Below are positions 39,241 to 46,341 of a stretch of 64,000 nucleotides of DNA, in pieces (the first letter of the stretch is position 1; each line of letters opens with the position of its first letter). This stretch comes from Syntrophorhabdaceae bacterium (lineage in GTDB: Bacteria; Desulfobacterota; Syntrophorhabdia; Syntrophorhabdales; Syntrophorhabdaceae), in contig OY762209.1 in the NCBI GenBank assembly GCA_963665295.1, forward strand, positions 2,560,001 through 2,624,000, read 5' to 3'. The position numbers and the translations under genes were made by a program. The notes below the pieces were generated by a model that was given only the letters and a program-made list of their open reading frames with translations, did no database searches and was not told the DNA's origin.

Positions 39241-39426
39241 CCGGGGATAGCCGTCAACAGCTACGAATCATCGCCAATACCGGTCCGTTTCCGTCGATCC
39301 CTGATTGTGGTCCCGGGCATGGGGCTATCCCGGCCCCCTTCCTTTTCTATCGACGGAACATATACCCGGCCGAATGCTCGGCCTTCGGTCCGGCCGACGT
39401 TCGTTGCCCCGGCATCCCATCCCCTC

Positions 39427-40707
39427 CTACTGCCCCGTAATCGTGTACGTCCGGGTGCTTACCGGCTCACTGTTTCCCGCACTATCCTTCGCAAAGAACT
39501 TGAGGGTCGTGGTGGCGGAAATATTGATGGGCGACGAGTAGACGGAGGATGCGGTGGTGGGCGTCGTACCGTTGGTGGTGTAGTAAATGGTAGCGCACCC
39601 CGAGCCTGCCCCGTCACTGCACGAGAGAGTGACGGACTGGGCCGTGGTGAAGGTCCCTCCCGCCGGTGAGGCGGTAGTGACAGGAAGGGTACTGTCAAGA
39701 AGCACTGTGGCGTTGTAAACAGGGGACCAGTTGGCTGCGTTATCCCTGAACTTCACATATATGGTCTTGCTCCCGTCGCCTGTGGGTACGGTCCATATCC
39801 TTGAGCGCGCGAAATACTCAGGAGGGGCGTACGTCACGTTGTCGTTGGAGAGGGCCATCCTCATGCAGGAGTTGTCGGGACACGTAAGTTCCAGGCAGAC
39901 TCTTGTGGTTCCGGTTGTCGTGGCAGCCGAACAGATGGCGATACTACCCGTGGGAGGGACTGTATCGAGATAGATAAAACCGGTGCTACAGGCGCCCGAC
40001 CAGTTGCCTGCGGCGTCCCGGAATTTGGCATAGACGAGTTTGCCTCCGTCCCCCGTTGTAAGGGTCCATGTCTTTGCCGCGGCGTAGGGCTCGGGAGTGG
40101 AGTATACCATCCCGGGGTAATTGACGAACTGCATTTGGGAGCAGCCGTTCAGGTCATTGCAGGTAAGAGTCAGGGTGACATCAGGGTTATTTGCATAGGA
40201 TGGCCCTGAAACGGCGCCCGTGGGAGGGGTCGTATCGATGGTGTATACCTGCGTTTTTGTTGTCTCGCTATTGCCCACGCGGTCTTGCGCGAAATACTTG
40301 AGGGTCGTGGTGGCGGAAATATTGATGGGCGACGAGTAGACGGAGGACGCGGTGGTGGGCGTGGCGCCGTTGGTCGTAAGATATATCCTGTCGCATCCTG
40401 ATCCCGAGCCGTCGTCACAGGCTAAGGTAACCGTCCGGGAAGTGTTATAGAGCCCTCCCCCGGGCGAGGCCGTCGTCGTGGGAGCGACGATGTCGGGCGA
40501 CTGAACCTGCAGCCGGTTGCCCGCCCCGTCATAGACATACTCTGCAGCGGCGCCCCCGTCACACTCCACCCGCTTCAACCGGTTCAATTCATCATATATG
40601 TAATTGACCGTCTCGGCGTAAGAAGCTGCCACGAAAGCGAGAAGAAAGGTGATTACCGCCAAACCGGTTAACCGTCCGTGATGTGTGCCTGGTGTCATGT
40701 TCAACAT
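39427..40707 (-). CDS. Secreted protein with one N-terminal YD/RHS repeat pair, two chitobiase-C-terminal/FN3-associated-like domains and two Ig-like repeats
   Basis: GGAGG SD; signal peptide …AASYA; YIYDELNRL…YVYDGAGNR; duplicated IY.TTNG.TPTTASSVYSSPINISATTTLK (52 bp identical at 39498-39549 and 40296-40347). Confidence 0.82.
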   Translation of the reverse strand: MLNMTPGTHHGRLTGLAVITFLLAFVAASYAETVNYIYDELNRLKRVECDGGAAAEYVYDGAGNRLQVQSPDIVAPTTTASPGGGLYNTSRTVTLACDDGSGSGCDRIYLTTNGATPTTASSVYSSPINISATTTLKYFAQDRVGNSETTKTQVYTIDTTPPTGAVSGPSYANNPDVTLTLTCNDLNGCSQMQFVNYPGMVYSTPEPYAAAKTWTLTTGDGGKLVYAKFRDAAGNWSGACSTGFIYLDTVPPTGSIAICSAATTTGTTRVCLELTCPDNSCMRMALSNDNVTYAPPEYFARSRIWTVPTGDGSKTIYVKFRDNAANWSPVYNATVLLDSTLPVTTASPAGGTFTTAQSVTLSCSDGAGSGCATIYYTTNGTTPTTASSVYSSPINISATTTLKFFAKDSAGNSEPVSTRTYTITGQ

Positions 40708-40952
40708 AACCTCCAAATCAGACTGCGCTGGTGTTAAGAAATTCGCTGTTTATTTCCTTAAGTTTCATCACCCTCACGCAGAGATGGGCCGGGCGTCCGA
40801 CGGTTAGCCCCCATCTTTTTGATGGGGCTTGGAACATGAGGTAACCACCGGATTGCAGTATTGGTTTTACCACGAGGAAGGGGGGGACGGCTATCCTTTC
40901 TCTCAGGCTTGTCAACTCTGTCATCTGTGTCTCCGATCGTCCTTCTATTAGT

Positions 40953-41516
40953 TCAGGCATGCTTTTGAAAGTGCTTCGAATATCCCAAGGCTTCTTCGTA
41001 AGCAGATCCTAATTCCGAATCTTTGCGCCAATCAATGAAATATTTCGCGATTGTTTTGTCTTCGAACAAATGCTCCAATGTAGCCGTTATGATACATTTT
41101 CTAATTTCTTCGGTTCCACCTTTGTACAAGTCGGCGATCCATCTCTTGATCTCCGCAAGGATTTTTCTGGAGACATTTGAATCTCTCCACAGATGATTAA
41201 ACCAAGCTACAAGACCCCATCCCGCGGAATATCTTGAATCAGCCCATTCACTTTCAGGATTTTCGCGAAAACACCGTCCGTAATAGTGTTTTACAAAAGC
41301 CACGTATTCATGAACATTCAAGGGTGGCTGAATGCGCTTGTAACAACTCTTATCCATAATCAATCTATACACCGCGCCTAGTACTTCAATATCCTCACTT
41401 TGCATCCAGATATTGAGCCCGTTTCTAGAGATTGGCTCCCTTTTTATATCTCCGGCTTCTTTAGAGAACTGCGACACGACATCCTTCAGTGCCGAATCGT
41501 TCGGATAATTCAACAT
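40953..41516 (-). CDS. Hypothetical protein, putative orphan immunity protein
   Basis: 187-aa lower-GC ORF with AGGAG SD, directly after a toxin-tail-like remnant in the Rhs array. Confidence 0.7.
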   Translation of the reverse strand: MLNYPNDSALKDVVSQFSKEAGDIKREPISRNGLNIWMQSEDIEVLGAVYRLIMDKSCYKRIQPPLNVHEYVAFVKHYYGRCFRENPESEWADSRYSAGWGLVAWFNHLWRDSNVSRKILAEIKRWIADLYKGGTEEIRKCIITATLEHLFEDKTIAKYFIDWRKDSELGSAYEEALGYSKHFQKHA

Positions 41517-41547
41517 GGTTTCTTGCTCCTAATCAAATTCATTCCAA

Positions 41548-41631
41548 TCAACCGCCCAAAAGCCCAAGTATCATCATAATAATCAAGGATATGGACAGCG
41601 CTGTCGCAGCAGCATTTTGCCCGGGGTTTGG
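41548..41631 (-). pseudogene. Putative Rhs toxin C-terminal tail remnant (hydrophobic helix)
   Basis: Startless frame PNPGQNAAATALSISLIIMMILGLLGG* fills the gap between two immunity-like genes. Confidence 0.5.
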
Positions 41632-41632
41632 G

Positions 41633-42001
41633 TTAAGTACAAGGTTCCTCAGGCAACATTTTGCTTTCTCTATATTCCCTGAGTTTATCGAGATCACCTT
41701 GTTCCACGGCCATAAATGTTACTTCGAACTCGCATTCATCCGGTTGGTGTTGAAAAGTTGACGCCGTCTCCTCGTCGTACAAAACCCAAACGCGAGGTGG
41801 CTCTTCTCCGACTTTAGACTCATAGCTGTTGAAGTTCCATAACAGGTGGCATTCAAAGTGCTCCTTTGGATCAGAATCTGCGATCCACGATAACCATCTT
41901 GACAGGGAGCGAAAGGCCGCCCTATTGCCGTAGAGCGTGACCCCGTCCCTTCTCACTGCAACGCATATTTCTGTCTCTCTTGTCACATCAGGATACGACA
42001 T
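41633..42001 (-). CDS. Putative immunity protein, Imm32-like
   Basis: GGGAGG SD before ATG 42001; VTLYGNRAAFRSLSRWLSWIA…EHFECHL resembles the Imm32 pattern (recalled, not searched). Confidence 0.65.
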   Translation of the reverse strand: MSYPDVTRETEICVAVRRDGVTLYGNRAAFRSLSRWLSWIADSDPKEHFECHLLWNFNSYESKVGEEPPRVWVLYDEETASTFQHQPDECEFEVTFMAVEQGDLDKLREYRESKMLPEEPCT

Positions 42002-42012
42002 CCAGAACCTCC

Positions 42013-42504
42013 CTAAATAGACTTCCTCGTTGTCGCTATCTTGCCGGTATCGGTACCACAGCAAAACAGCATTCCGGGCAAAAGATGCATACGGTAACGA
42101 CTCCCGCTCCAATGGCAACTGGTGCCACCCACCCCGGAACGGTAATTGGGTCTCGCTCTAAATTTGGATCGTTTAACAGCCATTGGCCATAGTTGTTCAA
42201 TCTGTTCTTGATCTGCTCGTCTTACGACAAACCACGTTCCATCTTCGTGCCGTTCGGTAAAAAATGGCAGACCAGCTTGCATAAGAACTTTCCTAAAGCG
42301 GATGGATTCTTCCTGGGTTTTCCACTTTAGGAAGTACCACGGGAACTGCGCATCACGAACTCTATGTGCCGCATCGATGATACATTCGGCGTTTATGTCA
42401 TCAAAGGCAACTGCGCCACTGTCATCCAAGTCGTAAGAAATGTCGGCACTTTTCAATTCAGAAATAAAAGCGTTCTGGAGATCGGCATTCTCGAATCGGA
42501 TCAT
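42013..42504 (-). CDS. Second copy of the 45498-45863 gene with a read-through C-terminus
   Basis: 42164-42517 matches 45508-45861 with one substitution. The first ATG is shifted out of frame by an extra C (42518); the second ATG is intact. Confidence 0.6.
   Translation of the reverse strand: MIRFENADLQNAFISELKSADISYDLDDSGAVAFDDINAECIIDAAHRVRDAQFPWYFLKWKTQEESIRFRKVLMQAGLPFFTERHEDGTWFVVRRADQEQIEQLWPMAVKRSKFRARPNYRSGVGGTSCHWSGSRYRMHLLPGMLFCCGTDTGKIATTRKSI
42036..42163 (-). pseudogene. Putative Rhs toxin C-terminal tail remnant
   Basis: Startless frame LERDPITVPGWVAPVAIGAGVVTVCIFCPECCFAVVPIPAR* begins at the duplication breakpoint and ends just before the Imm32-like gene. Confidence 0.55.
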
Positions 42505-42517
42505 ATATATTAAATTC
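42164..42517. repeat. 354-bp direct repeat with 45508-45861
   Basis: Direct comparison at offset 3344 bp; one SNP (FFTER vs FFNER). Confidence 0.92.
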
Positions 42518-42805
42518 CATGTATTTTTTCCTCTCTCCTGTTCTTCATATGGATATGTCTCTCCATTCCTCGCCAAGGTCCCTTCCTCCTGGCTACGGTA
42601 TTGCCTGCTTCTTACTCGGCTGGTTCCTGCCCTGCAAGCCAAAAAGGTTACGGGGCTTAGGAATGTCCCTCAGCGCCCCGTTCTTTTTGATAAACGATAA
42701 AGGCCCGCTTCAGCTAACAACTGAAAATACCCATAACGCGAATCTTCCAGCAGTTCGTTATAAAGTCCGGTAGCTTCCTCTGTTTGACCATTGAATTCTG
42801 CAGCG

Positions 42806-43888
42806 CTAGTGTAGTGTCTCAGTAACGCCTTTACAGCGATTCACTTTTTCAAGTATCTCCTCGGCCTTCCTGGTCCATACGAAGGGTTTGGGGTCTTCGT
42901 TGTTGCAGCGAATATATTCTTCGATGGCGGTCACCAGTTCCTGAACGCTTTTGAAGATGCCGCGACGAATTCTCTTTCGTGTGATCTCCCCGAACCAGCG
43001 CTCCACCAGGTTAAGCCACGACGAGCTTGTGGGTGTAAAGTGGGGAACGAAACGGGGGTGTTTTTCGAGCCATGCTTTCACATTGGGGTGGGTATGAGTT
43101 CCGTAGTTGTCGAGAATCATATGGACATCGAGGCCCTTTGGCACCTGACGGTCTATGGTACGCAGGAACTTAAGAAATTCGGTATTTCTGTGGCGGGGAT
43201 AGCAGGAGCCTATGACTTTTCCTTCCAGAACATTGAGGGCGGCAAAAAGACAGGTAGTGCCGTTCCTTTTGTAGTCGTGGGTCATCGTGCCGCAGCGCCC
43301 CTTCTTCATCGGTAATCCCGGCTGGGTCCGGTCCAGGGCCTGCACCTGGCTTTTCTCATCCACACAGAGTACCACCGCTTTGTCGGGAGGATTGAGATAG
43401 ACGCCCACCACATCGGTCAGTTTCTCCACGAACTTCTTGTCTCTGGACAGCTTGAAAGTTTCTACCCGATGGGGCTGTAGTCCATGGGCATCCCAGATGC
43501 GCTGCACGGTGGCATGGCTCACGCCCTTCTCCTTTGCCATGGTGCGGGTGGACCACTGAGTAGCATCTTTGGGAGTTGTATGGAGCGTGGCTTCCACGAT
43601 GGTGCGCACTATCTCCGGGTTAAGGCGCCTTGAACTCGGCCCATGGGGTGCGTCCTCCGATAAGCCCGAGGGGCCCTGTTCTCTGAAGCGGCCTACCCAC
43701 AATATCACCGTAGGGCGGGAGGTATTGAGCCTCTTCGCTATGGCGTTATGGGACATCCCTTCTGCCGCGAGCAGGCAGATGCGGGAGCGTAGAACCACCC
43801 TTTGGGGAGTCTTCTTTGCTTTGACCCATGTTTCCAATGTCTTTCTCTGCTCTTCCGTCATGTCTAGCGTACTGGCTGGATTCCACAT
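42806..43888 (-). CDS. IS630-family transposase
   Basis: HTH N-terminus; CVDEKSQ, ILDNY and SSWLNLVERWF DDE motifs; the stop codon is supplied by the target site. Confidence 0.95.
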   Translation of the reverse strand: MWNPASTLDMTEEQRKTLETWVKAKKTPQRVVLRSRICLLAAEGMSHNAIAKRLNTSRPTVILWVGRFREQGPSGLSEDAPHGPSSRRLNPEIVRTIVEATLHTTPKDATQWSTRTMAKEKGVSHATVQRIWDAHGLQPHRVETFKLSRDKKFVEKLTDVVGVYLNPPDKAVVLCVDEKSQVQALDRTQPGLPMKKGRCGTMTHDYKRNGTTCLFAALNVLEGKVIGSCYPRHRNTEFLKFLRTIDRQVPKGLDVHMILDNYGTHTHPNVKAWLEKHPRFVPHFTPTSSSWLNLVERWFGEITRKRIRRGIFKSVQELVTAIEEYIRCNNEDPKPFVWTRKAEEILEKVNRCKGVTETLH

Positions 43889-43942
43889 GCACTATGATAG
43901 CATAGCCAAGGGTAATTGTAAAGCTATTAGTGAGACAGTACA
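42810..43942 (-). mobile_element. IS630-family insertion sequence (~1.13 kb)
   Basis: TIRs TGTAGTGTCTCAGTAA and TTAGTGAGACAGTACA (14/16), flanked by duplicated CTAG at 42806-42809 and 43943-43946 (equivalent to a TA duplication). Confidence 0.93.
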
Positions 43943-44229
43943 CTAGCTTTCAGATTGATCTCATTCAAGTCTTCCCATCTTCTTTCGTCTTGTTCAATCT
44001 CTCTGACAAAGTCTCTCTTCAGTTCGGGTTTAAGTTTGTGCAGTATCTCGTCCCTTATTCCCCACAATTGACCAATAGCGTTCCCCATATAGAAGAGTGC
44101 CTTTTCGCCATCGGGGTCATGAAGCCCCAACTCACGGACTTCACGGGCAGCCTCATCGATGCATTCCAATGCCTCCCCAAGTAGTAAATCTAAGTGTTCG
44201 AAAGAAGCCATATCCGATACCTCCATTTC

Positions 44230-44514
44230 TTACCGACCAACCGGAGAATTAGGGGATGGATACCCGAAGTCTCTGGTAGCATCAAACGCGGCTGCAGTCA
44301 TCGGATAGGTGACTGTCGCCGCGCAATACTTGCCATTCTTTATGTTGACCATAACCGTGATAGGCTCGATTTCGTCAGATTTGTTTTCCATGAGAACCTT
44401 AATGCTGCTGGAGGTATCCTGTTCAAAAATCTCAGGATTGAACAATTGGATGTCCTTTGCGCAAACTGACGAACATACGAAAAGGAGAAAAAGAATCGCA
44501 CTCACCGCTCTCAT
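44230..44514 (-). CDS. Small signal-peptide protein, possibly a truncated or chimeric immunity gene
   Basis: MRAVSAILFLLFVCSSVCA signal peptide; 94 aa; lies in the orphan array. Confidence 0.5.
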   Translation of the reverse strand: MRAVSAILFLLFVCSSVCAKDIQLFNPEIFEQDTSSSIKVLMENKSDEIEPITVMVNIKNGKYCAATVTYPMTAAAFDATRDFGYPSPNSPVGR

Positions 44515-44605
44515 CGTGCTCGTGCCGGCTTTCGAGGAAGATTGAATCCCGCCGTCAGCCTCATGGTGGAATGGTGTTTTGCTTTGGTTGTCGATTCAGA
44601 TAATC

Positions 44606-44983
44606 TCAAGACCGCCGCTCCTTCTTCCGCTGCCGAATTCGCTTGACAAGCCACACTCCAAGGGGAAACGAAGCTACAAGAGAAATAACCGTAAGGATTC
44701 CCTTAATCCCAAAACCGCCAATGATTATACTAAACGTTTCGGCGGCACTTCGCGTAGAGCCCAAACCGATTGCAACAAGGATGAGGAACAGCAACCCACA
44801 ATAAGATAGCCCACAAAGCAAACCATGGAATACGCTCCACTCCTTAAGGAAGATTCCTATTAGTATGCCGCCGATCAAGCCACCAACAGGTAGCCCTCTC
44901 ACTTTCTGAATTTCCATGTCAACCAAAACTACTACTACCGCCGTTGCGATCAAGATGGCTGAACTTCTTATCGCTCGATGCAT
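44606..44983 (-). CDS. Four-TM membrane protein, putative immunity partner of the orphan tip
   Basis: GGAGG SD; four hydrophobic segments and a basic tail; starts 20 nt after the orphan tip stop. Confidence 0.7.
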   Translation of the reverse strand: MHRAIRSSAILIATAVVVVLVDMEIQKVRGLPVGGLIGGILIGIFLKEWSVFHGLLCGLSYCGLLFLILVAIGLGSTRSAAETFSIIIGGFGIKGILTVISLVASFPLGVWLVKRIRQRKKERRS

Positions 44984-45003
44984 AGGTCCTCCATCACCGC
45001 ATA

Positions 45004-45465
45004 TCACTTAACTCCGCCGGGACCTCCCGAGCCTATGCATTGAGTGTACTCAAGAGCACAGCGGGCGAGAGTCTGTTCCAATGTCTCACCCTCACGAGGA
45101 TTGTTGTTACACGATGCCCTCTCGAACTCGCAGCAAAATCCGCAAAAAATCCCGCAAACATAATCCGTCACTTTCTTGCATCCAGGCGCTTTGTGATCTC
45201 TGTATGTACACCAGGTGTATCTATCCAGTCCTTTTGGGTCTATATATCTCACCGGGTTATTTTCGACGTATACGAACAGATTTATCCCGCCTTTGAGTCC
45301 TATCGGATCGGCGGTAATATATCTCCCCGTCTTGCGATATGGTTTATTCAGCCACTCATTAAAATCCTGCCAAGTATCCGCAAGTTGCTCGGCAATATTT
45401 CTTTTCTCACAGTCGCTCGTAGAATCATTGCACGAACAACTCGGGGTCCGTCTTTCCATTGCCAA
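45004..45465 (-). CDS. Orphan Rhs module: end of the Rhs core plus a 73-aa Cys-rich tip, fused behind an unrelated fragment
   Basis: TGRYITADPIGLKGGINLFVYVENNPVRYIDPKGL; 29 bp (45299-45327) identical to the main rhs gene at 46805-46833. Confidence 0.85.
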   Translation of the reverse strand: MAMERRTPSCSCNDSTSDCEKRNIAEQLADTWQDFNEWLNKPYRKTGRYITADPIGLKGGINLFVYVENNPVRYIDPKGLDRYTWCTYRDHKAPGCKKVTDYVCGIFCGFCCEFERASCNNNPREGETLEQTLARCALEYTQCIGSGGPGGVK

Positions 45466-45497
45466 ATCGCAAGGCCACTTCTCCAGCGTTCCCGGTA

Positions 45498-45863
45498 CTA
45501 ATTCTTATTGGATCGTTTAACAGCCATTGGCCATAGTTGTTCAATCTGTTCTTGATCTGCTCGTCTTACGACAAACCACGTTCCATCTTCGTGCCGTTCG
45601 TTAAAAAATGGCAGACCAGCTTGCATAAGAACTTTCCTAAAGCGGATGGATTCTTCCTGGGTTTTCCACTTTAGGAAGTACCACGGGAACTGCGCATCAC
45701 GAACTCTATGTGCCGCATCGATGATACATTCGGCGTTTATGTCATCAAAGGCAACTGCGCCACTGTCATCCAAGTCGTAAGAAATGTCGGCACTTTTCAA
45801 TTCAGAAATAAAAGCGTTCTGGAGATCGGCATTCTCGAATCGGATCATATATATTAAATTCAT
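45498..45863 (-). CDS. Hypothetical 121-aa protein (immunity-like), duplicated in the array
   Basis: Open frame with two similar halves; second copy at 42164-42517. Confidence 0.7.
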   Translation of the reverse strand: MNLIYMIRFENADLQNAFISELKSADISYDLDDSGAVAFDDINAECIIDAAHRVRDAQFPWYFLKWKTQEESIRFRKVLMQAGLPFFNERHEDGTWFVVRRADQEQIEQLWPMAVKRSNKN

Positions 45864-45980
45864 GTATTTCTTCTTTTACCGGGGGAAAGGAGAAGAAACA
45901 AGACGCCCGATCGTTGCCTGCCCCTTACTTTTATTCTGATTCCTTCCCGGTGCCTCCTTCCATATTCACGCCTTTTGATC

Positions 45981-46331
45981 TTAATGGGCGTCGTTCCTTC
46001 CGGAACCCTTCGAAGTCTCTTTCACCTCTATGTAATATTCCGATTCCCCTTTTTGCACGCTGAATTCTTCTTCGAATTGTTTGATCTTTATCTTGTGAGT
46101 TCCGTGAGGAAGCCATTTCGAGAAGTACGAGCCATCGCCAAATTTCTCCATTTTGCCGACAAAGGTACCATCAATATAGACGGATGCTCCGATCATGTCC
46201 TTGCCGCCAAAAATCTTCAGGCTGAATTCCGTTCCTCTGCCCGAGCAAGAATATGAAGCGCAGATCAGTGCTCCCACTAGCAAGATGGCGCATACAACAT
46301 ATCTTTTCATGCGGTTCTTTGTCCTCGTCAT
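45981..46331 (-). CDS. Exported/lipoprotein-like PEGA-type protein, putative cognate immunity of the Rhs toxin
   Basis: Starts 10 nt after the rhs stop; MKRYVVCAILLVGALICASYSC signal; GASVYIDGTFVGK…LPHGTHKIKI is PEGA-like. Confidence 0.68.
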   Translation of the reverse strand: MTRTKNRMKRYVVCAILLVGALICASYSCSGRGTEFSLKIFGGKDMIGASVYIDGTFVGKMEKFGDGSYFSKWLPHGTHKIKIKQFEEEFSVQKGESEYYIEVKETSKGSGRNDAH

Positions 46332-46341
46332 GGGAGTCTTC

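Larger units (their letters stand above)
42670..44211 (-). pseudogene. 134-aa hypothetical (immunity-like) gene interrupted by the IS630 element
   Basis: Removing the IS and one CTAG restores an open frame MASFEHLD…NLKAS|AAEFNGQTEEATGLYNELLEDSRYGYFQLLAEAGLYRLSKRTGR*; GGAGG SD. Confidence 0.85.

Noticed and set aside
40718..40960. 80-aa ORF between the immunity array and the YD protein
   Set aside because: No SD or recognisable features; probably intergenic or promoter sequence.
40953..46340. Integron cassette array (GTTAAAC near the repeat breakpoint)
   Set aside because: No attC-type inverted repeats or integrase are present, and the breakpoint is not at G|TT. Rhs orphan-module logic explains the region.
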